Source of the DNA: Myxococcota bacterium
GTDB lineage: Bacteria; Myxococcota_A; UBA9160; UBA6930
Reading direction: 5' to 3'
Assembly (NCBI GenBank): GCA_965223705.1
Contig: OZ245015.1
Span: 1,632,001-1,696,000 of the forward strand
DNA length: 64,000 nucleotides
Shown: positions 36,126-46,704 of the stretch, piece by piece
Position numbering within the stretch: position 1 is the stretch's first letter
How the letters are laid out: each line of letters begins with the position of its first letter
The notes under the pieces: model-generated
The model's database searches: none
Seen by the model: only the letters and a program-made list of their open reading frames with translations
What the model was told of the DNA's origin: nothing
Program-made: the position numbers and the translations under genes

Positions 36126-39100
36126 TCACATGAAGAGCCGGTAGTCGTAGGCCCTGGTGCCGAACCGCTCGAGCAAAGAACCGATACGCGCGATCTGCCC
36201 GGACGATTCCACGGTTGCGGGTAGCTTCGTATACAGGTCGAAGGTATTCCAGTTCATCTTCGAGAGCCCCAGGATCTCCGAGCACGCGAGGTTGAGGTCG
36301 GACTTGCCGGCATGCCTCTTCAGGACTAACGGGGCGGGGATCCGCCGCTTGCCCTGGTAGTACTTGAAGCGGGGGTTGAGGGCCGTCGCGACCCCATGCA
36401 CCCAGAGGAGAGCTGTGTGCCCGTCGAGTCGGACCACGCTCCCTCGATCGACCGGGAAGTTGTCTTCGTCGAACTGCCCTCCGGGCTTCGCGATCGACGA
36501 TACGTACCGAAGCGCGGGGTCAATGTTGATCTCCAGCATGTCAACTTCGTCGATCCCGCCGAGGCCCTCCATCAAACCGTCGCGCTCGTCGCGCTGGAAA
36601 GGACTCCGCTTGTGGAGCACCACGCGCTCGGGGAGCCGCATCCTCGCCTCGTAGAACAACTGGCGAATGGTCTCCCCGACACGGCGCGCGTCGTCCCGGG
36701 ACAGGAATGGGTTCCCGCCACGGAAGATCGGATCCTCGACCTTGGTGAGCCTATATTGCAACCCCTCTCCGCGGGAGTTGTAGATGTGACTGCAACCCAA
36801 GACGACGTGGCGGCCGCGCTCTGAGTTTTGATCGATGCTGTAGCCGAGCCCCACGAACGCCGTGTTGCTATCGAGGACGTCGAGGACCCAGGGCGTTCGC
36901 ATGCTCTTCACGTAGAGCGCGAGGGATAGCCACCACCAGACCCGACACTGCTGGGGCTCGCGCAGCGTGTGTCCCTCGAGGAACTGCGTCGTGATTCCCC
37001 GCGGAACACAATAGGCCTTCACGAAATCGTGGACGTCGAATCGCTCGCTTTCGGTCCTGAACCGCTTCCACTGGTCAAGGCGATCTGGGACGTACACGAG
37101 CACGACGCTGGGGTCTGACGACGCCTGGATCGCATCCAACGCCTGGGTGATGCTCCGCGCCAGCTCGACAGACCCGGTTCGGGGATGGGTGCCCTGTCCT
37201 GGGACCGAGTACGAGCGCCAGCCCGGCGACCCCGGAGTTGGGAGTTCCAGCGGGAGGCTGAACGCGGCGTCGAAGCCAGGGAAGTCGAGCAGGTAGTCGC
37301 GTTCGTTGCTGAGGGGTGTGTGCCGCCGGTGTGACCGCTGGACGAACTCACTCAGCACCTGCGTCTCCGGTTCCGGGCAGATGACACCCAGCCGAACGCT
37401 CGGGGCGAGGCCGCGCTCCGTGATCGAGTAGTCATACGGCCGATTCTGGGCGACTCCGCGGATCGGGTGGAAATCTCGCACCGCGGTGGTGCCATCCTTG
37501 CTGGCGAAGATGAGCTGGGGCTCCTCCAGCTCGAAGCCGTGGTGCGCGACATGCCGAGCGACACTTTCGGGGATCCGTGCGGCCCCGCCTCCGGAGCGAG
37601 CGAGCAGGGCCGCGAAGATTGGGGTGCGTCGGATCTCGAACGTGAAGGGCGTCTGAGAGCCGGTGGGGTAGTGAAACTTCCTGCGCTTGTCCGAAAACAG
37701 TCGGCGTCGCCACCCCTCTACTGCGCGATTGAACTTGTTGTTGTGCTGCCAGCCGAGCACCGCCATGCGGACTCGGCGCTCCACCTCCTCAGGAGCCTCG
37801 CTCCCGTCCGCGGCTTTCACGGTGACGGAAGGTTTGACGACGAGGTACTGCTTGCCCCCGATGCGCCTCAGGTAGAGCACCGCGGAATTGTGAACCGACC
37901 ACTCGCGCTCGCCCTCCCACCGCTTCTCCTGAGGAGCGGGGTCCCAGAGTCGGGCGCGTCCGTCGGTTTCGAGGCCCGCGGTGCTCGCGATCGACCTCGC
38001 GAGAGCCCGCCTAAGCAACGACACGATGGTGCCGGTCTCCAGCCGAAGGTCGCTCTCTCCGATCGGCGTCCGCTCCACCGAACCCTTGATGAGCCCGTCG
38101 AAGGCCGCGCGAATCGAGTCGACGTCTCCCATACACGCAATTCGCCCTCGGAACGGAATGGCGACCAGGTCGTGGCCCTCTGTCTTCCCTTCTACCCACG
38201 CCCACGCGCGCTCCTCCGGCCATTCCGTCGGTTCGAACTCGTAGACCTCCGACGGGCACCGGATCTCGAAGGCGTTGCTCTTGATCAGTGACCCCGCCCC
38301 CACTGGCTCGGCAGTGAAAGGCTCCCTCTCCTGCGCTTGCTCGATGGCTTCTACCGCCTTAACGCGGATTCCCTCGTTCGCTTCGCCATCCAGGCAGCGA
38401 AGCGCGAGGCGCGAGAGGAGATCGTCGAAGCCCTGCGTAGGAACTAGAAACGCGGAGCGCCCATTTCGACGAGCCGACTCGATCAGCTCCAGGACTCGCG
38501 GCGGGACATCTTCGTCTCCGTAGACGCACCAGTAGATGGCGCCGAGCCCAGGAGCGGAATAGGCCGCTTCGAGGGTGTCCATCACCGAGTCGTCGCGTCC
38601 GCTGTAGCCTGCGACGATGAGGGGCCGGTCCGTGATCCACTCCACGAGCGACGAGCGCAATTTCTCATCCTGGTGTTGAAGTTCTGATGGAGTGTTTCGA
38701 AGGTGGTCGTAGCGATAGTCGCCGTGGAGAGCGACACAAAGCAACTCCCCGGAGCGCACCCGACGCGGCAGTCGCCCGCGTGTGTCGAGCCCGACCTCGA
38801 TGGCAGAGAGGCTGAAGTCCGCGGCGGCTCGCACGGGGAGCTGGTCGAAGTTGGTACTCCACGCCGAGTCAACGATCCCAGCTTCTGCTAGCGCGCAGAG
38901 TGCCTTGTAACCGATGTGCGGGCGCGCCGGCTGTATCACCCTCTGGAACCAAGCGCGTCTGTCCTCGGTGACGGGGAAGCACTGCTCGATGTAGAACCCG
39001 TACTCCTCGGACGACTCCAGCACGGGGAACCCGCCGCGTCGATCCAGCCAGCGCTGGATCTCTTGGCGCACCGCGGGCAGCGAGAGCTCGGAGAACTGCG

Positions 39101-39287
39101 CCTCGAGGCCAGGGTTGTTACTCAGGAAGATTTCTCGCTTCCACTCCCAGACGCAGCGGTCCGCGGACGGAACGCCCGAGGTGATGGAGGTTCCAGCACC
39201 GAGGAAGAACGCGTGAGGCGTGTCGCGGTTTACCGCGACGGAGCGAACGAGCGCGTCGAGCGAGAGCGAGATCGCAGGTTCGTCCAC
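36126..39287 (-). CDS. Fused SIR2-APAZ-short prokaryotic Argonaute (single-chain SPARSA type)
   Basis: SIR2 motifs FFLGAGTS, STNFD, LHGD and GYSGRD. MID motif HDFVKA...TQ...LYVK..PW. The PIWI domain lacks the catalytic Asp residues (FVGLGYS, VLHKRS). GTG at 39287 has an AGGAGG RBS. Confidence 0.9.
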   Translation of the reverse strand: MDEPAISLSLDALVRSVAVNRDTPHAFFLGAGTSITSGVPSADRCVWEWKREIFLSNNPGLEAQFSELSLPAVRQEIQRWLDRRGGFPVLESSEEYGFYIEQCFPVTEDRRAWFQRVIQPARPHIGYKALCALAEAGIVDSAWSTNFDQLPVRAAADFSLSAIEVGLDTRGRLPRRVRSGELLCVALHGDYRYDHLRNTPSELQHQDEKLRSSLVEWITDRPLIVAGYSGRDDSVMDTLEAAYSAPGLGAIYWCVYGDEDVPPRVLELIESARRNGRSAFLVPTQGFDDLLSRLALRCLDGEANEGIRVKAVEAIEQAQEREPFTAEPVGAGSLIKSNAFEIRCPSEVYEFEPTEWPEERAWAWVEGKTEGHDLVAIPFRGRIACMGDVDSIRAAFDGLIKGSVERTPIGESDLRLETGTIVSLLRRALARSIASTAGLETDGRARLWDPAPQEKRWEGEREWSVHNSAVLYLRRIGGKQYLVVKPSVTVKAADGSEAPEEVERRVRMAVLGWQHNNKFNRAVEGWRRRLFSDKRRKFHYPTGSQTPFTFEIRRTPIFAALLARSGGGAARIPESVARHVAHHGFELEEPQLIFASKDGTTAVRDFHPIRGVAQNRPYDYSITERGLAPSVRLGVICPEPETQVLSEFVQRSHRRHTPLSNERDYLLDFPGFDAAFSLPLELPTPGSPGWRSYSVPGQGTHPRTGSVELARSITQALDAIQASSDPSVVLVYVPDRLDQWKRFRTESERFDVHDFVKAYCVPRGITTQFLEGHTLREPQQCRVWWWLSLALYVKSMRTPWVLDVLDSNTAFVGLGYSIDQNSERGRHVVLGCSHIYNSRGEGLQYRLTKVEDPIFRGGNPFLSRDDARRVGETIRQLFYEARMRLPERVVLHKRSPFQRDERDGLMEGLGGIDEVDMLEINIDPALRYVSSIAKPGGQFDEDNFPVDRGSVVRLDGHTALLWVHGVATALNPRFKYYQGKRRIPAPLVLKRHAGKSDLNLACSEILGLSKMNWNTFDLYTKLPATVESSGQIARIGSLLERFGTRAYDYRLFM

Positions 39288-39483
39288 GGATCGAATCCTC
39301 CTGACCACCGGCGACGGGTGCCGGCACGGTTTGGAGTTCTAGGCTCGGAGGACGACCCGAGGGGGGAGTTCAGGCCAAACAGCTAGTCTACCGAACGGGG
39401 TACGCCGACGACATCCAGCCTCCCGCGAGGTGCGTCGCAGGCACCCCCGGTCGTCCCTGTATCGTCCTTCCTAACACGAGCAA

Positions 39484-41034
39484 TTACTCCGCCCCAACGT
39501 CGTCAAGTAGGCGGTGCAGATCGCGCACCTTTTCGGTGAGCGTCTCGATCTGATCGCCGAAGGCCTTGCGCATGATCTCGGCTCTCTTGAGGATCTTCTC
39601 GCTGCCGCTCTTGATCGTTTCCGCTGAGCGGGTCACCTCGTCGAGGCCGCGCGCCTGCTTCTCGATCTCAAGGATGGCGCGCTCGATCGCATCGAAGTCG
39701 GCCGCTTCGGCATCGCTGCGCGCACGTCCGCGTGCGCAGAGCGCCCGCGCTACCGACACGCCAGCGACGAGGACCACGTCGCTTCGGGTATCCTCAGCAT
39801 CCCACACCAGAACGACATCGTTCCCGTAGCGTCCGAGAGGCTCGAGACCTTCAGGAGCACTACACGCCGAGAAGACGAAGAGCCCGACCGTCGCATCGCG
39901 GTTCTTGCGCGCTTCCTCAGCCTCAGCGAGAGCCTTCTGGAGGGTGTACGACGCGTCCTCCTTTGCTTCGGTTACGATCCGCGCCCCGGCCGCAGCGTGC
40001 TCGGGGCCGAGCTCGATAACTGCGTCTCCCTTCTTGCAGTTTTTGATTCGACCGGTGGTGTTGCCGGTGGGCGTGGCGATATCACCTGCTCTCTGGCTGA
40101 GGCTGTTGAGCTGCTCGAACACCGCATGTTCGAAGTCGTCGCCATGGCGCGTCGAGCGCGCGGCCTCCTGCTTTCGCGCGACCATCTCCGCGAGCTTCCC
40201 TAGCACCTCGCCGTGGAAACGCTCGTTCGCCTGCCGCTGGGTATCGATCACCTCGAGAAGCTCACGCTTCATGCGCGCGAGCGCGGAGCCCTCGTCGTCG
40301 AGGGAGAACTCGCTGCTGATTTGGTGCTGCGCCTGCTCGACGCGGCCCACCAGGCGCGAGAGTGCTGAGTCTTCTCGATCGAGCGAGAACTCAGCCATCA
40401 CCTCGCCGATCCGTTTTTCGAGCGCCTCGCTCACCTCGCCGTGGTGCTCAGCTAGCTCCACGACGAGGCGAGAGAGGGCGCCCTCCTTGTTGTCGAGGGA
40501 AAACTCGGAGAGGATCCGCTCGCGCTGCTCGCCCAGCGTCTTCTCCACGGAGACGGCCAGCGATCCGACGAGCCCCTCGGAAGCCTCGGGATCGAGGAGC
40601 TGCATGAGGGGGCTGTGTTCGCCCAAGTGGCCCGCGAGGGTCTGGGCCAGCTCCGATCCTTCGCTGCCGATCTGGCTGCGCAGCAGCCGCTCGAGCTCAC
40701 CGTCCCGCCGGATCAGGCGCTCGACCCGTTCGTTGAATCGGCCGCTTTTAGGATCGAAGTACCCCTTGAGGCAGGTCCCGATCTGCTCTGCGACGGTACG
40801 CTGGTGATGAGACAGCGCCTGGCCAAGGTTCTCGAGTAGGCGATCGCCTTCGGCGCGCACGCGCTCGGCGTCGATTCGGCCTTGCGCCTGGGTAAGCGCG
40901 AGCGCCCCGATCTTCATCGAGGCGATAGCGAAGTCGTGGCGCTCGCGGCCATCCGGATGGGGCTCGAGGGCGGCGCACAGGTCGCGGTCGGAGACGATGA
41001 GCTGGAGCTCGATGCTGTCGATATGGGCGCTCAT
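39484..41034 (-). CDS. Coiled-coil protein with internal repeats and a C-terminal PD-(D/E)xK-like nuclease domain (RmuC/DUF2130-like)
   Basis: HGDDFE...KGDAVI...IVTEAK motif and three EFSLD...ALSRL-type repeats. AAAGGA RBS before the ATG at 41034. Confidence 0.65.
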   Translation of the reverse strand: MSAHIDSIELQLIVSDRDLCAALEPHPDGRERHDFAIASMKIGALALTQAQGRIDAERVRAEGDRLLENLGQALSHHQRTVAEQIGTCLKGYFDPKSGRFNERVERLIRRDGELERLLRSQIGSEGSELAQTLAGHLGEHSPLMQLLDPEASEGLVGSLAVSVEKTLGEQRERILSEFSLDNKEGALSRLVVELAEHHGEVSEALEKRIGEVMAEFSLDREDSALSRLVGRVEQAQHQISSEFSLDDEGSALARMKRELLEVIDTQRQANERFHGEVLGKLAEMVARKQEAARSTRHGDDFEHAVFEQLNSLSQRAGDIATPTGNTTGRIKNCKKGDAVIELGPEHAAAGARIVTEAKEDASYTLQKALAEAEEARKNRDATVGLFVFSACSAPEGLEPLGRYGNDVVLVWDAEDTRSDVVLVAGVSVARALCARGRARSDAEAADFDAIERAILEIEKQARGLDEVTRSAETIKSGSEKILKRAEIMRKAFGDQIETLTEKVRDLHRLLDDVGAE

Positions 41035-41067
41035 GGTGGTGTCCTTTCTCGTTCTCGCCCGAGAATT

Positions 41068-41083
41068 TGCAATGCCTGTGCCA
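41068..41083 (-). promoter_or_regulatory. Sigma54 -24/-12 promoter
   Basis: TGGCAC-AGGCA-TTGCA matches TGGCAC-N5-TTGCW exactly and lies 33 bp upstream of the 41034 ATG. Confidence 0.85.
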
Positions 41084-41471
41084 CCCAACGCGCCTGTCCG
41101 GAGCGTAGAGAAAATCGCTTTTAATATGGTTAGTTATGAGATTGCCGGATCCTCGCGGCCACTCAAACTATCGACCCGGTCACCCGATATCTTGTTGGAT
41201 AAATAAGATTTCTTATGAAATAGATATCGTCGCAGTCGTCGGCGACAGTCACGCGCGTCCCCAGCCAGCTTCGCGCCCCGGCTGCCCAAGCGACGGAGCA
41301 GTCCGAACGAGTCGGAACGACGATCTCGTACTTGGGCCGGGGGCGCGCGTGGCCCGAGGGTCGGTCTGTCGATGCCCTGGTCGTACCTTCGATGAGGCCA
41401 GAGTCGAATGGGGATCTCAATGACCTCGGCTAGCGGAGAAACCGCATAGCGAGGGCGGACATTGGCATCGG

Positions 41472-42368
41472 CTAGATGGCCTTGGTGATACGGAACCCGT
41501 CCGCGAACCGGAGCGCCGTTCCCTCACGCACGTCACGCAGGCGACGAGTCCAGATTTCATCCTCGAGTATCCGGATATCCGTCGTCGAGCCCCGCTCCTC
41601 GCTGAGGCCATAGTCAATCGCGATTCCCCCACGTTCCGTCAGGATATACCGAGCGTGGGCTCGTTCCCCTCGCGGCAGGCGATCCCAGCGCAGAATCTCT
41701 AGCTCGATCGACCCAGGCAGAACCGAAAGAAGGGCCTCTTCGCAGTCTTGCCGGAACTCTTCCTTGAGCCTGCGATCTGCCCTCGTGTGGAACTGGCAGA
41801 CCGTTAGATCTGCAGCCCGTGGCTCTACGATCCCCAGCAGGGCACAGAGAACTGCTACCCGGTCTGGAGCTTGGGGCTCAAAATACGGATCCACGAAATA
41901 GAGCTCGCGGCTGACTCGAAGTAGGCCCCCAGCACACTGAGCGATCGCCCTGGCCTCTCGCGGGACGACTGCGCCACGATCGACCTTCCAACGCCCATCC
42001 TCTGGATGCCAGTCGTCGGTGAGAACGCGACGAGAGCCAGCTGGGTTCGTGCTAGCGATGATCGCTCTGAAGGGCTGGCGCTTGTCCTCAGCAATGGCGT
42101 TACTGATCCACTCCTCTTCTTCGGACCACCGTTGACATGGGCGATCGACGAGCAGCGAACTAATGCGCTTCGCAATTTCTACCGCCCGTATCCGATCGAG
42201 CTCGCTCAGCCTGCTCAGATGCGGCTTGACGCATTCCTTCCAGTCATCGGGGAATCGCGCCACGAAACGACCGGCATCGGGACCAAAGGCGTCCCAGAAG
42301 TACCGGAACTCCTTTGGGTGCGACCAAACGGCCATCAGTTCAGGCTCGACTGCAAACTCGGAGTGCAT
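41472..42368 (-). CDS. Hypothetical protein with a C-terminal PLD-like (HxR) motif
   Basis: 298 aa with FVDPYF and HARYILTERGGIAIDYGL. Starts 3 nt after the ATPase stop. Confidence 0.65.
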   Translation of the reverse strand: MHSEFAVEPELMAVWSHPKEFRYFWDAFGPDAGRFVARFPDDWKECVKPHLSRLSELDRIRAVEIAKRISSLLVDRPCQRWSEEEEWISNAIAEDKRQPFRAIIASTNPAGSRRVLTDDWHPEDGRWKVDRGAVVPREARAIAQCAGGLLRVSRELYFVDPYFEPQAPDRVAVLCALLGIVEPRAADLTVCQFHTRADRRLKEEFRQDCEEALLSVLPGSIELEILRWDRLPRGERAHARYILTERGGIAIDYGLSEERGSTTDIRILEDEIWTRRLRDVREGTALRFADGFRITKAI

Positions 42369-42371
42369 TGC

Positions 42372-43943
42372 TCAGAAGAGTTCCTTAACCCGCTCTTCGA
42401 AGAACCCTTGCGGCCAGCGATCGACGAATTCGCCGCGATCGCTGATGGCCAATGGCGTCACCCGGACCTCTCCCTCCTCCTGCTCTACAAATAAAACGGA
42501 AAGCTGATTCGCAGCCAGGCGGGGCCGACCCGGCTCGACCTCGCCCCGATGCGTCTCTTGGATTCTTCTTAGCAGTCGAAGCATCAAGTGCTCACTGTGC
42601 GTTTCAAGGATGCAAATGCCGCTTCGTGCCGTTGCTCTCCACGCGAACAAGTCCCCGAGCTCCACCTGAACGCTCGGATGAACGTGGAGTTCCGGCTGCT
42701 CTATCGCGATCACACGCGGGGAGGCTTCTCCGTCAGAATCAGTCGCTGCGACAATCACTGGAACAACCTGCGAAATTCCGATTCCAACATCCGTCGGAGC
42801 AACAGGCAACTGCCGCTCGAGATCAACCACAACGACGCGCCTGTGGGTAGGCAACCGATTCAGCGCTTCAGAGATCGCCTCAGCGTCATCGATCAGAGCA
42901 CGTGATCGAAGCGATGCCATAAGGAAGCTCTCGAGAGGGAGCTCTTTATACTCTTCAATTCGAACAGCGCTACCCGAGCCGATCCGATCCAGCCATCGGT
43001 TCACCTGCAAGACAAAAGTGTCGTCGGCTCCGATGAGCCGGTCCCAGGCAGCGAGTCCGGTGGACCACCTTGATATATCCGGCGTTAGCGGTGCTGAGTA
43101 TCCCCTCGGCGGCGTCTCGCGGATCGGCCCCAGGTACCGCAGCGAGGCCAGCTCCGAACGCAACATCCCGCCGAGGCCTGCGAAGAACGCCGTCAAGCGA
43201 TAGATCAGGCTCCCGCCTCTGTACGGCTCAACTACTTCAACTCCGTCGAAGTCCAGCCAAAGAGCATCATCCCAAAGGGGAACCGCAGACGAGTGCATCT
43301 CGGGACATTCGAACCGGTCAAACTCGGCGAGGTCATCATAGAACTCCTGAATGGCCTCATCAGTCTCCTCTGAACGAGAGTTTCCTACGACTCGATTCCA
43401 GTTGTACCGGAGAAGAGGATGCGAGAAGTTCAGGCCGCACAGATCGACCCTTTGTCCGTCTGCTGCGACACGTAGTTCGCCTACTGATTCACCGTTTACC
43501 TCGAGTGCAAATCCGGTGACTGTCGATCGCTCCAACCGGTCGTGCCAACCGATCGTCAGCTCTACACAGAACTCCTGGACCTGCTTGTAGAGCTCATTGT
43601 TGTAGTCTCGAAGCTCGACCCACCGATGAGGCTCGCGGGTTCGTTCAGGAATGTCATTGCCCTGCGGATCGACACAGAAGCGGATCACTACGTCCCGCTC
43701 CTCCTTCTCCCTCAGATGGACAAGACTCTCGAAACCTCCAAGATCCACAAAGGGGCCACCGACCTCAGTTGTGTCTGGATCAGAATTCCGATGCTCTAGA
43801 ATCTCTCGCGCGTAGTGCAGTGAGTGGAGCACCGAGCTCTTGCCGGCGCTGTTGGGGCCGAAGAGAAGCGTTAGCGGCTTGAGGTCGACGCGCGTCCGGC
43901 TCCCTACGCCCTTGAAATTCTCAATCTCAACCGCAACAAGCAT
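42372..43943 (-). CDS. ABC-type/AAA_21 ATPase with DUF3696-like C-terminus
   Basis: IENFK, Walker A GPNSAGKS, VGIGISQ signature, IEQPELHVHP, ETHSEH and WPQGFF. Confidence 0.88.
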   Translation of the reverse strand: MLVAVEIENFKGVGSRTRVDLKPLTLLFGPNSAGKSSVLHSLHYAREILEHRNSDPDTTEVGGPFVDLGGFESLVHLREKEERDVVIRFCVDPQGNDIPERTREPHRWVELRDYNNELYKQVQEFCVELTIGWHDRLERSTVTGFALEVNGESVGELRVAADGQRVDLCGLNFSHPLLRYNWNRVVGNSRSEETDEAIQEFYDDLAEFDRFECPEMHSSAVPLWDDALWLDFDGVEVVEPYRGGSLIYRLTAFFAGLGGMLRSELASLRYLGPIRETPPRGYSAPLTPDISRWSTGLAAWDRLIGADDTFVLQVNRWLDRIGSGSAVRIEEYKELPLESFLMASLRSRALIDDAEAISEALNRLPTHRRVVVVDLERQLPVAPTDVGIGISQVVPVIVAATDSDGEASPRVIAIEQPELHVHPSVQVELGDLFAWRATARSGICILETHSEHLMLRLLRRIQETHRGEVEPGRPRLAANQLSVLFVEQEEGEVRVTPLAISDRGEFVDRWPQGFFEERVKELF

Positions 43944-45127
43944 CAGAGCTTGTCCCGGAAGGCACGTTGAGAGAGACTTTCGAAGAGAGGTTCTTGGGCC
44001 GAATCCCGCAGCTGAGCTTCCAACGCCCGAACGGTTTCGATAGAACGACAGAACTGCTCCTGAACCTCTAACGGCGGAAGAACTATCGGTGTTCCTCGCA
44101 GCGAAGCGAGATCCAGACGCTTTGTGCCGTGAGCTGCAGTAGAGATGCGCGCCAGCAGGAACCCCGACATTGCCCTAAGCGTCCAGAGCAGAAACTCTGG
44201 CATTGCTCGATCGGATGGACGCACCGCCTTTAGATCCTGGTTGATCGTCAGGGGCGCACAAGACAAGGCAACTGGCATCGTATGCGCCAAGATCATCCCC
44301 CGGACAACAATCAGCACTGCACCGGGCGCAACAATTTGCACTCGTCCCTGGGCAACGGCCGCCTCACTGATATGGTCCTGCGCATCCTCCAGGTAGGCGC
44401 ACTTCATATCCTTTGGCGACACCCACGGAATCCGCCCACCCCAGAAACTCGGCTCCTGTTTCGATGGCGTAGCCCCGCTCGATATGCTGGTCTCATCTCC
44501 GATCGTTGAAGCTGGCCAGCCTCGATCGTTAGTCACAGGATCACCGAACAGCTCAGAGTAAATTGCGAGCGGGAGGTCTTCGCTGAGAGCGATGGCTTCG
44601 TGGTGTTTCCGGCGGATCGCATCAGCCTTATCAAGAAGAGACACAATCCGGTCCTGCTCCGGTCTTGGCGGCACTGGGACTTCGGTGCTGGCCACGCTCC
44701 TCGTGTTGAGGGTCATTCGCGTCGAACCTTTTGTCTGAGCTAACGAAGCTCGCTGACCGTCGGCCGAGTTGAGATAGCGGGCCAGGAACTCCGGAGTTAC
44801 GTCTCGAAGGCCCTTGATCGCTATCAGGCCAGCGCAGTTGGCTTGGCCAAGGTCTTCCGGGATCACAGCGGCGGTCCCCGACTTGCCGATCCTCACGACC
44901 ACTACGTCACCCGGGGATAGTTGAGATTTTCGCTCTGAAGCGTGGAATTCCCGCGAGACGAACTCCAAGTCCTCTAGCTCGAGCCCATTGGCCCTCACGT
45001 TCTTCCCCATCAGGAACGGGATCCCTTCGGGAACTCGATGCTCTTTGCTCGGGCCGACATGGCCTACGACCACTCGATCGCAAATATCAGCGATCTGCGC
45101 CGTCCGCCACGATTCGGGGGCCCTCAC
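43943..45127 (-). CDS. hsdS: Type I R-M specificity subunit
   Basis: Two TRDs separated by conserved helical regions ([33 protein letters not shown]). Confidence 0.93.
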   Translation of the reverse strand: MRAPESWRTAQIADICDRVVVGHVGPSKEHRVPEGIPFLMGKNVRANGLELEDLEFVSREFHASERKSQLSPGDVVVVRIGKSGTAAVIPEDLGQANCAGLIAIKGLRDVTPEFLARYLNSADGQRASLAQTKGSTRMTLNTRSVASTEVPVPPRPEQDRIVSLLDKADAIRRKHHEAIALSEDLPLAIYSELFGDPVTNDRGWPASTIGDETSISSGATPSKQEPSFWGGRIPWVSPKDMKCAYLEDAQDHISEAAVAQGRVQIVAPGAVLIVVRGMILAHTMPVALSCAPLTINQDLKAVRPSDRAMPEFLLWTLRAMSGFLLARISTAAHGTKRLDLASLRGTPIVLPPLEVQEQFCRSIETVRALEAQLRDSAQEPLFESLSQRAFRDKL

Positions 45128-46704
45128 GATCCAGTCTCGCTGTTCTTCGAGAGGAGTTCCCGGAGGCTATCGAGTTCACGAACGATGCCCGACTCCAGCG
45201 CGCGGATCTTACCGATGATCTGAATCGGAGTTTCGTAGTCCGGCTCTTCATAGACCGTCTCCCTGTATCGCGCGACGGAAAGATCGAAATCGTTCTTAGC
45301 GATCGTCGATCGATCAACAAAGAACGCCTTACCAGTGCGATCCGTATCCTTCTTTGGGTCGCGCTCGATCCAACGCTGGAGGCAATCCGGCAGGTCGTTT
45401 GCGTTGACAGGCTCCCGCTTGTCATCCAAAGAACGGCCATCAGCCTCCAAGTCATAGAAGAAGACATCGGCAGTCTTGCCGCCGCGCGTAAAAACCAAGA
45501 TCGCCGTCGACACACCGGCATAGGGCCTGAAGACGCCGGACGGGAGTGAGACCACCGCCTCGAGCTGATTCTCCTCAACTAGCAGCTTTCGGATTGCAAG
45601 ATGCGCCTTTGAGCTACCGAACAGGACCCCATCCGGCACCACCACGGCTGCGCGCCCACCGGGGTCTTTCAACATGCGGAGCGTAAGCGCCAGAAAGAGG
45701 AGCTCAGTCTTCTTCGTCTTGACCTTGCCAGTAAGGGTCGGATCAACATCCTCCGCGTCGAGGCTGCCCTTGAAGGGTGGGTTGGCCAGAATCACGTCAA
45801 AGTGATCGTCTGCGAGCTCCGGTCGATTCTCGCGGAAACCGCGACTAAGCGTATCCTGGTAGTAGATATGGGGATTCGAGACATCATGGAGCATCAGGTT
45901 CATCGCCGCGATGCGCAGCATGGTTACGTCGAAGTCGAAGCCGTAGAACATCCCCTTCTGGATGTGGTCACGGTAGGGCTCGAGGAGATCGCCCGTGTAC
46001 ACCATCTGAGGTTCGCCGTCGTCACCAAGAACAGACTCCCCCTCCTCATCCTCAGCTGGGAACTGGCCCTCCTCTGACGAGTAGTTTCTCAGTAGGTACT
46101 GCATCGTCTGGACAAGGAAACCGGCTGTTCCCGCCGCGGGATCGCCTACTATCTCGGTAGGCTTCGGATCCACCAGCGACACCATCAAGTCGATGATGTG
46201 TCGGGGGGTCCGAAACTGGCCGTTGATGCCCGCTGTTGTGAGCTTGCTGAGAAGGTACTCGTAGAGGTCGCCCTTTGTGTCGCCCTCCCCTAGCGGCAGC
46301 TCGTCGATCAGCTTGATGGCCGCGTAAAGCAGGCTCGGCTTCGAGATGATGAGCTGGGCGTCCTTCATGTACTCGCCGAGGCGATTCTGTTTCTCCGCGA
46401 CGGCCCGGATGTGCGGGAAGAGCTCGTCGCGGACGACGGCGAGCATGCGCTCGGCGTCCCCGTCGTGCTTGAGCTTTGACCAGCGCAGGCGCTGAGTGTC
46501 CGGGCCGAAGAGATGGCCGGGGAACGGTTCGCCTCGGTTCTTGCGCGTGAAGACTCGCTCGTCGCGCGTCTCCCGGATGTCGAGCAGGCGGGCGAACATC
46601 AGGAAGGAGATCTGCTCAATGACCGTGAGCGGGTTGGTGATGCCCCCCGTCCAGAACTGCTCCCAGAGTTTGTCGATCTGACTGCGTAGCTTGCCGGTGA
46701 TCAT
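45124..46704 (-). CDS. hsdM: Type I R-M N6-adenine methyltransferase
   Basis: [24 protein letters not shown] and VPDGVLFG. Confidence 0.96.
   Translation of the reverse strand: MITGKLRSQIDKLWEQFWTGGITNPLTVIEQISFLMFARLLDIRETRDERVFTRKNRGEPFPGHLFGPDTQRLRWSKLKHDGDAERMLAVVRDELFPHIRAVAEKQNRLGEYMKDAQLIISKPSLLYAAIKLIDELPLGEGDTKGDLYEYLLSKLTTAGINGQFRTPRHIIDLMVSLVDPKPTEIVGDPAAGTAGFLVQTMQYLLRNYSSEEGQFPAEDEEGESVLGDDGEPQMVYTGDLLEPYRDHIQKGMFYGFDFDVTMLRIAAMNLMLHDVSNPHIYYQDTLSRGFRENRPELADDHFDVILANPPFKGSLDAEDVDPTLTGKVKTKKTELLFLALTLRMLKDPGGRAAVVVPDGVLFGSSKAHLAIRKLLVEENQLEAVVSLPSGVFRPYAGVSTAILVFTRGGKTADVFFYDLEADGRSLDDKREPVNANDLPDCLQRWIERDPKKDTDRTGKAFFVDRSTIAKNDFDLSVARYRETVYEEPDYETPIQIIGKIRALESGIVRELDSLRELLSKNSETGS

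Noticed and set aside
36126..39287. Catalytically active long Argonaute
   Set aside because: The length is explained by the SIR2-APAZ fusion, and the PIWI catalytic Asp positions are substituted.
39301..39345. Third sigma54 promoter before the Argonaute
   Set aside because: GGCAC is present, but there is no TTGC at the required spacing on the coding strand.
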